A DNA stretch of 64,000 nt, from IMG/VR virus record IMGVR_UViG_3300013383_000018. One strand, 5' to 3'. Position numbers and translations under genes: made by a program. Positions within the stretch are counted from its first letter, which is position 1; every line of letters starts with the position of its first letter. The notes under the pieces were generated by a model, which was not told the origin of the DNA, searched no databases, and saw nothing but the letters and a program-made list of their open reading frames with translations. The DNA comes from a virus (lineage: Duplodnaviria > Heunggongvirae > Uroviricota > Caudoviricetes). Shown here in pieces: positions 53,619 to 62,984 of the stretch.

Positions 53619-54176
53619 GTGAAAGTTATTACGATTTCTGGTAAAGCCCAAAACGGGAAAGACACCACTGCTGGATTGCTTAAAGCAGCTTTAGAAGCAG
53701 ACGGATATAAAGTCTTGATTACCCATTACGCAGACCTGCTCAAATATATTTGCAAACAGTTCTTTGGATGGGACGGACAGAAAGATGATGCTGGTCGGCA
53801 TATTCTTCAATATGTCGGGACGGACATCATTCGGCAGAAGTGCCCTGACTATTGGGTTGGGTTTGTCACATCGATTTTGGAGTTATTCCCAAATGAGTGG
53901 GACTATGTGCTGATTCCTGATTGCAGATTCCCAAATGAGATTGATTATCTCAAAGAGGCTGGATTGGACACAGTTAATTTGCGTGTTGTCAGAAAGGACT
54001 TCAAGAGCCCTCTTACCCCAGAACAGCAAGCGCACCCTTCTGAGACAGCGCTTGACGATGTTGAGCCAGATTATTACATAACGAATAATGGGTCACTGAC
54101 TGACCTGAAAAGAAACGTCATCGATTGGCTGGTCGAATACCTTGGCTCTCATCAGATGACGATTGATGAGCTATAA
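53619..54176 (+). CDS. P-loop deoxynucleoside monophosphate kinase-like; GTG start
   Basis: Walker A ISGKAQNGKDT. AAAGGAGG before the GTG. Confidence 0.6.
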   Translation: MKVITISGKAQNGKDTTAGLLKAALEADGYKVLITHYADLLKYICKQFFGWDGQKDDAGRHILQYVGTDIIRQKCPDYWVGFVTSILELFPNEWDYVLIPDCRFPNEIDYLKEAGLDTVNLRVVRKDFKSPLTPEQQAHPSETALDDVEPDYYITNNGSLTDLKRNVIDWLVEYLGSHQMTIDEL

Positions 54177-54185
54177 GGAGGTTAA

Positions 54186-54971
54186 ATGAAGCATCTGACA
54201 ATCTTGGTTGATATGGATGACACGATTGAGTCGCTGGCAAGTGCTTGGGTTGATTACCTGAACACCCGCCACGGGACGACTACAAAGCTGACAGACATCA
54301 CCAGTTGGGATATTTCTAAGGCGTTCCCGACACTCACGAATGAACAGGTGTACGCACCACTGTTCGAGGATGATTTCTGGGATTGGGTTAAACCAATTGA
54401 TGGTGCATCAGAGGTTTTGCAAAAGCTTATTGCAGACGGGCATAAGGTTTTGATTGTAACCACATCGAACTACCATACGCTCGCATCAAAAATGGAGCGG
54501 GTATTATTCAAATACTTCCCGTTCCTAACATGGAACGATGTCATTATCACTTCCCACAAACAGCTTGTGAATGGTGATATCCTCATCGATGATGGCATCC
54601 ACAATCTTGAGGGTGGGAACTATTTCAAAATCCTTATGACTGCGCATCACAATAAAAAATATGATGCAGAAGCAAATGGGATGCTCCGTGTGGGAACGTG
54701 GGCTGAGGTCTATTCAGCGATTACGGCTCTTGCAGAGGAAGATGACCTTAAAGGTTGGGAGGAGGTGCCAATGGAAATTACTTTGTACTCAACAGGATGT
54801 CCAAAGTGCAAGGTTTTGAAAAAGAAACTGGAAGAAAAGGGTATCAAGTACACAGAGAACAATTCTGTGGATGAGATGCTGTCACTTGGAATCAGTCAGG
54901 TGCCCGTTCTTAGTGTGAACAATGAATTGCTTGACTTCTCGACAGCAAATAACTGGGTGAACCAACAATAA
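54186..54971 (+). CDS. HAD-family 5'(3')-deoxyribonucleotidase fused to C-terminal glutaredoxin (NrdH-like)
   Basis: HAD motif I VDMDDTI. C-terminal CPKC redox motif in a Grx-sized domain. Confidence 0.7.
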   Translation: MKHLTILVDMDDTIESLASAWVDYLNTRHGTTTKLTDITSWDISKAFPTLTNEQVYAPLFEDDFWDWVKPIDGASEVLQKLIADGHKVLIVTTSNYHTLASKMERVLFKYFPFLTWNDVIITSHKQLVNGDILIDDGIHNLEGGNYFKILMTAHHNKKYDAEANGMLRVGTWAEVYSAITALAEEDDLKGWEEVPMEITLYSTGCPKCKVLKKKLEEKGIKYTENNSVDEMLSLGISQVPVLSVNNELLDFSTANNWVNQQ

Positions 54972-54989
54972 GCGAAGGGAGATTAAGCA

Positions 54990-56906
54990 ATGAACATTCC
55001 ACTCAAAATGAACAGGGACTTTGAAAAGGCTATGACCACCCTCAATGAGCGTTATGGCGAAGATTTCGAGTACCTGAACGGTTTCCACGAGACGCAACTG
55101 AACTTTTCTGATTTCATCGATGGCTTCATTGACAAGAATGTCGCCGACGTAACCATCGATGCCAATGCAAACGCATCCAACAAGGATATTCGCAGTCTTT
55201 TGAATGAAAAGGGCAAGTCTCACGATAAGCTGTTCGCTTTCAACAAGATTTTCTATGAGATGAAGAAGCGCTACAACCTGAAAACAGCCCGTGAATGGCT
55301 TGAAACAGAGTATAACGGCGGCTTCTATCTGCATGATGCGTCTACTTCTACATACCTGCCATACTGCTACGCTTATGACCTGACCAGACTGGCAACCGAG
55401 GGGCTGTTTTTCCTCAAAAACTATAACAATCAGGCTCCGAAACATCTCACAACGTTCATGGATGACGTAATTGAGTATATCAGCTATATGAGCAACCGCA
55501 GTTCCGGCGCCGTAGGCATCCCCAACGTCCTTATCTGGACGTATTACTTCTGGAAAAAGGACTGTGAGAGCGGTCACTTCATTAAGAACCCCGAATACTA
55601 CATCAAGCAGTGCTTCCAGAAGTTTATCTACCGTCTGAACCAGCCGTTTATGCGCATCGACCAGACTGCTTTTGTTAATGTGTCAATTTTTGACCGTAAT
55701 TACATTGAAGCGCTGTTCGGCGGCGTGCAGTATCCTGATGGAACATATGTGATTGACTGCGTTGAAGAGCTGATTGAGCATCAAAAGCTCTTTATGGAGG
55801 TCGTTTCGCAAATCAGAAGCGAGAATATGTTTACATTCCCAGTGCTGACATACAGCTTGCTTTACCGCGATGGCAAATTTGTCGATGAAGAGTTCGCAAG
55901 ATGGTGCTCCGACCACAATGTGACGTGGAATGACAGCAATTTCTTCATCAGCGGCGATGTGAACACGTTGAGTAACTGCTGCCGCCTGCTGTCCGATACT
56001 TCAAAACTCAATGCATTCATCAATTCGATTGGCGGTACGGCGCTCTCCATCGGTTCTGTAAAGGTCAACACAATTAACCTCATGCGGATTGCGCTGGAAA
56101 CTGAGTGCGACGAGAAAAAGTATCTTGCTCTGCTTAAAAAGCGTGCATTGCTGTGCTGTAAGACGCTTGATACTGTCCGCCATATTATCCAGAGAAACGT
56201 TGAAAAAGGGTTGCTCCCCAACTATCAGGATGGCGCGGTCGAGATGGACAAGCAATACTGCACAATGGGTATCCTTGGTCTGTATGAAGTCATTGAGGCG
56301 TTTGGTTACACCAAGACGGATGAGTTCGGGTACATCAGCTACACTGATGAAGGCATCGCTTTTGCAAGCAAAATCTTTGAGGTATTGAATGAGGTCAAGG
56401 ACAACTTCACTGATGCCTACTCTTTTAACATCGAGAGTGTTCCTGCAGAGCGTGCGGCAGTTATCCTGTGCCAGAAAGATAACGTTCTGTACGACCACAA
56501 TGATAAGTTCATCTACTCGAACCAGTGGATTCCGCTGTCCGCGAAATGCACCATTCAGGAAAAGCTTCGTCTCAGCTCAATCCTTGATGAGAAGTGTTCT
56601 GGCGGCAGTATCGCGCACATCAACTTGGAATCCAACTTCCCCAACACAGAAACAGCGTGGAAGATGCTGAACAAGATTGCTCAGGCTGGCGTGATTTACT
56701 TTGCGTTCAACACCCGTATCAATGAGTGCAAGAACCATCACGGCTTTGTTGGCACTGACCATTGCCCAGTATGCGGTGAACCTGTCTTCGACACATACCA
56801 GCGCATTGTTGGGTATCTCGTCCCATCAAGGGCTTACTCCAAAGACCGTTTCCGTGAGTTCAACACAAGACAGTGGTACAGCTATGCGGAGGCTATGAGC
56901 GAATGA
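54990..56906 (+). CDS. nrdD: anaerobic ribonucleoside-triphosphate reductase (class III)
   Basis: C-terminal zinc site CPVCGE. Glycyl-radical motif RIVGY. Size. Confidence 0.8.
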   Translation: MNIPLKMNRDFEKAMTTLNERYGEDFEYLNGFHETQLNFSDFIDGFIDKNVADVTIDANANASNKDIRSLLNEKGKSHDKLFAFNKIFYEMKKRYNLKTAREWLETEYNGGFYLHDASTSTYLPYCYAYDLTRLATEGLFFLKNYNNQAPKHLTTFMDDVIEYISYMSNRSSGAVGIPNVLIWTYYFWKKDCESGHFIKNPEYYIKQCFQKFIYRLNQPFMRIDQTAFVNVSIFDRNYIEALFGGVQYPDGTYVIDCVEELIEHQKLFMEVVSQIRSENMFTFPVLTYSLLYRDGKFVDEEFARWCSDHNVTWNDSNFFISGDVNTLSNCCRLLSDTSKLNAFINSIGGTALSIGSVKVNTINLMRIALETECDEKKYLALLKKRALLCCKTLDTVRHIIQRNVEKGLLPNYQDGAVEMDKQYCTMGILGLYEVIEAFGYTKTDEFGYISYTDEGIAFASKIFEVLNEVKDNFTDAYSFNIESVPAERAAVILCQKDNVLYDHNDKFIYSNQWIPLSAKCTIQEKLRLSSILDEKCSGGSIAHINLESNFPNTETAWKMLNKIAQAGVIYFAFNTRINECKNHHGFVGTDHCPVCGEPVFDTYQRIVGYLVPSRAYSKDRFREFNTRQWYSYAEAMSE

Positions 56907-57391
56907 GAGTAAAGACAATCGTGGATGAAGACTTCACCAATTATAAAAAGCCAGCGATGTTTATTGGAACAATTTCTTGTTGTGGTAAGTGCTGTATCGA
57001 AGCAGGCATCCCGTTGTCGGTCTGTCAAAATGATGGGTGGCGTGCAAGCGCCCCCATCAGCATTGACGACGAGCAACTGTGCATCCGGTATCTGAACAAT
57101 CCGCTTACGGAATCAATCGTGTTTGGTGGGCTTGAACCGCTTGAACAATTTGATGAGCTGTGTTCGTTCCTTGAGGTTCTTCGCGGGCAATTCCAGTGTA
57201 AAGATGACGTTGTCATTTATACGGGTTACTACTTTGAAGAAGTCCCTGAATGGATTCAACGGCTTGCTACTTATGGGAATGTGGTTGTGAAGTTCGGACG
57301 ATACATCCCAAACCAAAAGCACATATTCGATGAAGTGCTTGGCGTCGAACTCGCTTCTGACAATCAATACGCAGAAAGGTTCGGCAGTTAA
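56903..57391 (+). CDS. nrdG: NrdG-like activating protein with non-canonical Cys motif (tentative)
   Basis: Position after nrdD with ATGA overlap. FGGLEPL resembles the activase motif. Cys cluster SCCGKCC is not the canonical CxxxCxxC. Confidence 0.45.
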   Translation: MRVKTIVDEDFTNYKKPAMFIGTISCCGKCCIEAGIPLSVCQNDGWRASAPISIDDEQLCIRYLNNPLTESIVFGGLEPLEQFDELCSFLEVLRGQFQCKDDVVIYTGYYFEEVPEWIQRLATYGNVVVKFGRYIPNQKHIFDEVLGVELASDNQYAERFGS

Positions 57392-57411
57392 ACATATTGG
57401 AGAAGACATCA

Positions 57412-57594
57412 ATGAAAATCAACATCAATCCAGACAAAGAGTTCGTTAACGATATGCGTAAAGCATTGAAAGACAATAATGGCTTCTGCCCATGCTCCCT
57501 CGAAAAGAACGAGGATACAAAGTGTATGTGCAAGGAGTTCAGAGAGATGGCAAGTGGAACCTGCCACTGCGGTCTCTACACAAAAACGGAATAA
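57412..57594 (+). CDS. small CPC...CMC...CHC redox-type protein (ferredoxin-thioredoxin-reductase-like motif)
   Basis: CPC, CMC, CHC triplets in 60 aa. RBS GGAGAAG. Confidence 0.45.
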   Translation: MKININPDKEFVNDMRKALKDNNGFCPCSLEKNEDTKCMCKEFREMASGTCHCGLYTKTE

Positions 57595-57608
57595 AGAGAG
57601 GATTAACT

Positions 57609-57902
57609 ATGATGACAGCCATGAACAAACTGACGACCACCTACGAGACCACAAGAGAGTTCGATGAGAAAGGCAATGTGACCCACGAGATTCATACGGA
57701 GACGAGAGAAGAACCCGATTGCGCCGGTTACACGGTTACTACTTCCACCACGAGCGACGAAGACATCGCTGAAATGCTTGACGGGCTGATTGAGCTTCAG
57801 GAGCCGACGCCCTCACTTCTGGACATTATTGCCGGTGCTGCCGGTATTGCGTCCATCATCGCTTCCGCCTGCCTGATTGCAAAGACAATCAAGCACAAAT
57901 AA
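57609..57902 (+). CDS. hypothetical protein with C-terminal TM anchor
   Basis: RBS AGAGAGG. Hydrophobic C-terminus. Confidence 0.45.
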   Translation: MMTAMNKLTTTYETTREFDEKGNVTHEIHTETREEPDCAGYTVTTSTTSDEDIAEMLDGLIELQEPTPSLLDIIAGAAGIASIIASACLIAKTIKHK

Positions 57903-57911
57903 GGAGGGCGT

Positions 57912-58097
57912 ATGATTAAACGCACAATCAAAGAAACTGTCCGCGAGTACGATGCAGACGGAAAAGTCGTGAGAGAAACGGTCACTGAAACGACCGAGGA
58001 TGACGACACCGTGTACTTTCCACCATTCCAAACCTACCAAGAAACGGTTAAGCCTTGGTGGGGTGAGCCATCTTGTACTTGCAAAACAAATAGCTAA
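57912..58097 (+). CDS. small hypothetical protein
   Basis: RBS AAGGAGGG. Confidence 0.4.
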   Translation: MIKRTIKETVREYDADGKVVRETVTETTEDDDTVYFPPFQTYQETVKPWWGEPSCTCKTNS

Positions 58098-58107
58098 GGA
58101 GGACACA

Positions 58108-58644
58108 ATGCAGAGAGTTGGAGAATTTGAAAAGGTCAGCTTTGAACAATTCCGTGACGCGATGAAAGATGAATTTTATAGGGGGCAGGAGTTGCCCCCT
58201 GCCATCGAAGATGACCTCAGAAAGATGTGGGAGGAAATTGCACTCCCCAGCAGAGCAACGACTGGCTCTGCCGGTTATGACTTTAAGGCGCCATTCACCT
58301 TTGAGATGCGCCCCGGCGAGACAATGAAGATTCCCACCGGCATCAGAGTGAAGATTGACGAGGGCTGGTGGCTCGGTTGCCTGCCGCGTAGTGGTCTGGG
58401 CTTCAAGTTCCGTATGCAGTTTGACAATACGATGGGCGTTATCGACAGCGACTATTACTTCTCTGATAACGAGGGGCACATTTTCGCCAAGATTACGAAC
58501 GACAGCAAGAGCCAGAAGATTGTACACGTTGAAGCCGGTAATGGCTTTATGCAGGCAATCTTTATTCCGTATGGGATTACATACTCCGATGACGCAACCG
58601 GCGTCAGAAACGGCGGTATGGGCTCTACGGACGGCAAAGCGTAA
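58108..58644 (+). CDS. dut: dUTP diphosphatase
   Basis: dUTPase motifs ATTGSAGYDF, RSGLG, GVIDSDY, RNGGMGSTD. AAGGAGG before ATG 58108. Confidence 0.85.
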   Translation: MQRVGEFEKVSFEQFRDAMKDEFYRGQELPPAIEDDLRKMWEEIALPSRATTGSAGYDFKAPFTFEMRPGETMKIPTGIRVKIDEGWWLGCLPRSGLGFKFRMQFDNTMGVIDSDYYFSDNEGHIFAKITNDSKSQKIVHVEAGNGFMQAIFIPYGITYSDDATGVRNGGMGSTDGKA

Positions 58645-58657
58645 GAGGAAACACACA

Positions 58658-58829
58658 TGAAAGACTCATCTTCAAAAGGTCTTGGATTGTGCGATGTACT
58701 CGCCGTGGTCTTTGTCGTCCTGAAGCTGATTGGCGTAATTGACTGGAGCTGGTGGTGGGTGCTTGCACCTGTCTGGATTCCAGTCATTATCGTAATCATC
58801 GCCTACATAGTAATCAGCATCATCGATTA
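58658..58829 (+). CDS. small hydrophobic membrane protein (57 aa)
   Basis: Two TM helices. Not in the ORF track. A terminator follows. Confidence 0.4.
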
Positions 58830-58868
58830 GGTTCCACAATTACCGAAACGGTAGACACGGGGCTGGCT

Positions 58869-58901
58869 TCATTGCCAGCCCTTTCTTTTTTTACATACGC
58901 G
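58869..58901 (+). terminator. rho-independent terminator
   Basis: GGCTGGC-TTCATT-GCCAGCC followed by a T run. Confidence 0.7.
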
Positions 58902-58932
58902 CAGCTCACAGGGAGGTGAAAACATTAGTATC

Positions 58933-59127
58933 ATGCAAATCCCATTCTGGGAGAGGTACACACTGACAATTCAGGAGGCATCGCAATACTTCCGTATCGG
59001 AGAAACTAAGCTGCGTAAAATTGTCAGCGAAAACAAAGACGCTGATTTTGTCCTTTGGAATGGCACACGCCCACAGATTAAACGTACAAAATTCGAGCGA
59101 TTTGTTGACCAACTCAACCTTATATGA
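58933..59127 (+). CDS. xis: excisionase / Xis-like small DNA-binding protein
   Basis: 64 aa. [24 protein letters not shown]-like. Immediately upstream of the integrase. Confidence 0.55.
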   Translation: MQIPFWERYTLTIQEASQYFRIGETKLRKIVSENKDADFVLWNGTRPQIKRTKFERFVDQLNLI

Positions 59128-59208
59128 CATCTAACTTGAAAGTGAATCCAAACTATGGTATATTGAAAACGCCATGTTGATATTCATTTTCAGACAAAAG
59201 GAGTAGCC

Positions 59209-60477
59209 ATGCCTGAAAAAAGGAAAGACAACAAAGGCAGAATTCTGAGAGAAGGAGAAGTACAAAGAAACGACGGGAAGTATATGTACCGCTATACTGA
59301 CGCTGGTGGAATACGCCGAGCGATTTATAGTTGGAGGCTTGTGGAGTCAGACAAGGCACCCGATGGCAAGCGCAGTACAGAGCCACTGAGGACTCAGATA
59401 AAGCGTATCCAAAGGGATATGGATGATGGCATCAGTTCCTATACGGCGTACAAGATGACGTTGAACAGTTTCTACGATGCCTATATCGAGACCAAGTATG
59501 AGCTCAAAGCATCAACAAGAACCAACTACAAGTATATGTACAGGAAATATGTTCGTGACGAGATAGGCACGAAGAATATTGCCGACATCAAGTATAGCGA
59601 CATCAAGCGGTTCTACATCCACCTCATTAAAGACATTGGTTTTAAGCCGAACAGTATGGAGACGATTCACACAATCCTCCATCCGGTTTTTAATGTAGCG
59701 GTGAGGGACGGACTCATCAGAATGAATCCGACTGATGGCGTAATGGCTGAAATCAAGAAGAGCCACAACTGGGAGAAACCCAAACGCCATGCACTGACAG
59801 AGCCGCAGCAGGACAGGTTCCTTGATTTTGTGTCCAGCTCAAAAACGTACAAGCATTGGATGCCGCTGTTTACGGTCATGCTTGGGACAGGCGCACGCAT
59901 AGGAGAAATCCTCGGATTGAGATGGGAAGATTGCGATTTCACGCAGAATATTATTGACATTAACCATAATTTGATATATCGTCAACAAGAAAGCGGGAAG
60001 ATGGAGCTCCACATCACTACTCCGAAGACACGGGCTGGCACGCGAATCATTCCAATGTTTTCTGACGTGCGAGCAGCTTTACTCCAGATTCGATTGAAAC
60101 ATATGGAGGAAGGCTTCAACGAGTGCGAGGTTGATGGATACACGAACTTCATTTTTAAGAACCGGTTCGGAGAGATGCTAAATCCACACGTCATCAATAG
60201 AGCGCTTGAGAGAATTATTCGTGACTGCAATGCCGAGGAAACAGAGCGTGCAGAACAAGAACACCGAGAACCAGTTTTACTTCCACACTTCAGCGCACAC
60301 AATCTCAGACACACATTCTGTACTCGCCTTTGCGAGAACGAAACAAACCTAAAGGTAATCCAAGAGATTATGGGGCATCGAAACATCGAGACAACGATGG
60401 ATGTCTACAACGAAGCGACCAAGGAAAAGAAGATGTCCAGCTTCGCAAATCTTGAAGGAAAAATCAGAGTGTCCTAA
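59209..60477 (+). CDS. int: tyrosine site-specific integrase
   Basis: C-terminal catalytic region HNLRHTF...GHRNIETTMDVY. Arm-binding N-terminal domain. Confidence 0.85.
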   Translation: MPEKRKDNKGRILREGEVQRNDGKYMYRYTDAGGIRRAIYSWRLVESDKAPDGKRSTEPLRTQIKRIQRDMDDGISSYTAYKMTLNSFYDAYIETKYELKASTRTNYKYMYRKYVRDEIGTKNIADIKYSDIKRFYIHLIKDIGFKPNSMETIHTILHPVFNVAVRDGLIRMNPTDGVMAEIKKSHNWEKPKRHALTEPQQDRFLDFVSSSKTYKHWMPLFTVMLGTGARIGEILGLRWEDCDFTQNIIDINHNLIYRQQESGKMELHITTPKTRAGTRIIPMFSDVRAALLQIRLKHMEEGFNECEVDGYTNFIFKNRFGEMLNPHVINRALERIIRDCNAEETERAEQEHREPVLLPHFSAHNLRHTFCTRLCENETNLKVIQEIMGHRNIETTMDVYNEATKEKKMSSFANLEGKIRVS

Positions 60478-60479
60478 GC

Positions 60480-60780
60480 TGGGTTTGACACCAGTTTTGA
60501 CACCAATTGACCGAAAAGTTATAAGAATTTATGAGAACTTACGTTATTATAAAAGTCCTCAAAACGTTGTGGCACAAGGGTTATAAGAACTTATGAGAAG
60601 TTATGATGATACCGGGATAATATTCCCCACAATGAAGCCGCAGAGCTAAGAAAGCGTTGTGGCACAACGGTTACAGGTGATGCAGCCTCTGGTTTGACAC
60701 CACTTTTACACCAATTCACTTTGAATTCAACATGGCTACTAAGGAGTGCCCCGTCTTTGACGGGGTGCTTTCTTTAGCCA
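60480..60780. repeat. att-like region with three families of direct repeats (candidate integrase arm and core sites)
   Basis: TGGTTTGACACCAgTTTTgACACCAATT at 60481 and 60690. GTTATAAGAAtTTATGAGAA at two positions. AAaCGTTGTGGCACAAgGGTTA at two positions. Terminator GTGCCCCGTC-TTTG-ACGGGGTGC at 60750-60775. Confidence 0.55.
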
Positions 60781-60892
60781 TCATACATATATCAGCATAA
60801 AAAATAAGGGCAGGTTTGGGAAATCAAAATCCCATTTCTGCCCTTTTCTTTTTGGCAAAATCTGTCCCGAAAAATATAAAGTATTCGTGACA

Positions 60893-60935
60893 ACGCGCAA
60901 AAAAAAGAGAGCACACTCCAAAAGGGTGGCTCTCA
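60893..60935 (-). terminator. rho-independent terminator downstream of toxN
   Basis: GAGAGC...GCTCTC hairpin followed by a T8 run on the - strand. Confidence 0.6.
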
Positions 60936-60954
60936 CATTGTTTTTTCAAGGCAA

Positions 60955-61500
60955 CTATTTGATTGTTTCTGGTTCTGCCATGTCAACTGCTCCATCATCT
61001 TTCACTTCAACACTTTGTTGCAGTTCATCCAGTAAATGGCGTTTAATCGAGGTGATGTGCTGTCTGAAACTATCATTCTTTGAATTCTCAACAGCAAGAA
61101 TACGGAATAGCTTTCGCTCTAACTCCTGTATGAGGTTAGGGTTCTTGATAATAAAGTGATTGCCATCGCCGCCAACATGAATAGAATCTATGTACTTGTC
61201 AGTAATCGGGATAGCATCGCTTATAAAAAAGATAGACTGTGTGGTGGTTCGTCCAATATGGTAGTAGCAAGAGCGTATATCCCTCTCTGGTAAATTCAGA
61301 TAGAAATTTAAGCGCTTTTGCTGTCCGGCATCTCGATGGTTTAGTTTGCCCATCGGAATCGCCCAATACAAACTGTCGGATTCACTTGACTTCAACAGGC
61401 ACACAATCGGTCTATGTTTTGAGTCCATCCACTCTCCACCGATTTCCTTAACAAGGCGACCATAGTCGCTGGTTGCATAATATAACCCACGCTCAATCAT
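60955..61500 (-). CDS. toxN: ToxN/AbiQ-family type III toxin (endoribonuclease)
   Basis: GLYYATSDYGRLVKEI...RPIVCLLKSSESDSLYWAIPMGK parallels the ToxN N-terminal core. Preceded by tandem repeats and a terminator. Confidence 0.7.
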   Translation of the reverse strand: MIERGLYYATSDYGRLVKEIGGEWMDSKHRPIVCLLKSSESDSLYWAIPMGKLNHRDAGQQKRLNFYLNLPERDIRSCYYHIGRTTTQSIFFISDAIPITDKYIDSIHVGGDGNHFIIKNPNLIQELERKLFRILAVENSKNDSFRQHITSIKRHLLDELQQSVEVKDDGAVDMAEPETIK

Positions 61501-61525
61501 TTCAATCTCTCTTTACATTAAGAAA

Positions 61526-61543
61526 GCCCCAGAACACTGGGGC
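61526..61543 (-). terminator. rho-independent terminator between antitoxin repeats and toxN
   Basis: GCCCCAG-tgtt-CTGGGGC followed by TTT, read on the - strand. Confidence 0.6.
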
Positions 61544-61550
61544 TTTCTTG

Positions 61551-61676
61551 CAATGTTTCTTTGCCGCACATTGTGAAGCGTTTTTGCATAAGCGATGTTT
61601 CTTTGCCGCACACCGCGAAGCGTCCTTGCATAAACAATGTTTCTTTGCCGCACATTGTGAAGCGTTTTTGACGAAA
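61551..61676 (-). ncRNA. toxI: type III antitoxin RNA: three tandem 42-nt direct repeats (ToxI-like)
   Basis: Repeat units start at 61551, 61593 and 61635 and share TGTTTCTTTGCCGCACAttGtGAAGCGTttTTGcATAA. Located between the promoter and the terminator upstream of toxN. Confidence 0.75.
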
Positions 61677-61696
61677 GTATCTATACTTTCATCTTT

Positions 61697-61725
61697 ATTA
61701 TATGTCTAATCTCCGGCTTTGTCAA
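61697..61725 (-). promoter_or_regulatory. sigma70 consensus promoter TTGACA-17-TATAAT driving toxI-toxN
   Basis: - strand TTGACA (61725-61720), 17-nt spacer, TATAAT (61702-61697). Lies 20 nt upstream of the first repeat. Confidence 0.7.
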
Positions 61726-62159
61726 CAGGAGATTCAACCCAAATTTTGCAATAGAGCGTGTAGCACCACAATGATATCCAAGCATGGGACAAGTTCCATA
61801 ACAGAAAGAAGTGAGCCGTCTGCTGCAACAGAACGGCTCACGGTTGTTTGAGGTTTTGCCTCATCATGTGACGTTTGTATGTTTGTGGCAACCGTCTGGG
61901 TTTCCACCGCAGGGGCGCTTGTTGGTAGCAGGCGCTCCTTGTGTTATTATTATAGACTCTATCATCGGCATTTGTCAAATGAATTTTCTGTTAGCGTTTT
62001 CTTTCGGATTTCTCCTACGTCAGCCTGTGGAAATCGCATAACCCTCGGTCAAGCTCCACAAGTGTACGGATGCTGACCCCATCACTTGCTTCAACGCTGC
62101 GGCGGACAGTCCTGCTGCCGTTTTCAAGAATATTTACACCCACAAAATATTCTCAGATG

Positions 62160-62585
62160 TTATTTTCCAAATGCGATGATTGCTCCGATAATACCCGACA
62201 CAAGCAAGGTACAAATGCAAGTGATGATTGCGACCTTGACGCTGTTCACGTTCTTTGCAATCTGCTTGTACGGTTGATTCTCTGTCTCAGTAACCTTCTC
62301 AGACAGCTTACGCTCGGTTTCCTGCCACGCTTTTGCCTGTGCATCTACCTTGCGATTGGTGTCGTCCACCTTGCCTTCGATGTTACTGACACGCTGTGCA
62401 ATGAGCTCGACGGAAGTAGCGATTTTGTAGATAGCCTTCTGCTCGCTCTGGATTTCCTTCAGCTCACTTTCCAAGTTGTCAATTCTGTGCGTATTGGACT
62501 TGCATCGCTGCTCAGTCTCAATCAGCATGACGGTCTCTTGCTCAGTCATAAGAGAAACCTCCTCTGTTTTATTTGCTCCCTTCAT
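62160..62585 (-). CDS. XhlA-like coiled-coil protein with C-terminal TM (lysis-associated)
   Basis: Coiled-coil plus one C-terminal TM helix. Located in the lysis cassette. Confidence 0.45.
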   Translation of the reverse strand: MKGANKTEEVSLMTEQETVMLIETEQRCKSNTHRIDNLESELKEIQSEQKAIYKIATSVELIAQRVSNIEGKVDDTNRKVDAQAKAWQETERKLSEKVTETENQPYKQIAKNVNSVKVAIITCICTLLVSGIIGAIIAFGK

Positions 62586-62934
62586 TCGGTTCGACTATGG
62601 AGGCAATAGCAGAGTTCTGTTTCAACACGTCTTTCATCTCGCTCAGGGCATCATCAACGTATTTACTGAAGGTTTCAAATGACAGGACTTTCGCCAGCCA
62701 CGGGAAACGCTCGCAGAACTTGTCATAGACGGAAGACAGCTTCAGCTTGCCGGTGCCTGAGCCAAATTCCTTTTCGGCACCGAGAACAGCCTGCAACAGC
62801 CAACCGCGAATCTGCTCGTACTTCTTGTCGGTGGACAGGTTGTGCCAACGCAGAACAGCCATCACGCCGCCGACGATAAACACAATGCCTGTGACAATTA
62901 CATACCAGTTCTCCACAATAAATTCCATATGCAA
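62569..62934 (-). CDS. putative holin / lysis membrane protein (single N-terminal TM)
   Basis: N-terminal TM helix. Position in the lysis cassette. Confidence 0.4.
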   Translation of the reverse strand: MHMEFIVENWYVIVTGIVFIVGGVMAVLRWHNLSTDKKYEQIRGWLLQAVLGAEKEFGSGTGKLKLSSVYDKFCERFPWLAKVLSFETFSKYVDDALSEMKDVLKQNSAIASIVEPNEGSK

Positions 62935-62984
62935 ACTCCTTTCTCAAAGGTTGTGAGGCGGATTTTCAGGTGCCGCCCATCACC

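Noticed and set aside
61551-61676. Tandem 42-nt repeats considered as a mini-CRISPR array
   Set aside because: The units are contiguous with no spacers. Together with the promoter, terminator and downstream ToxN-like ORF they fit a type III antitoxin RNA.
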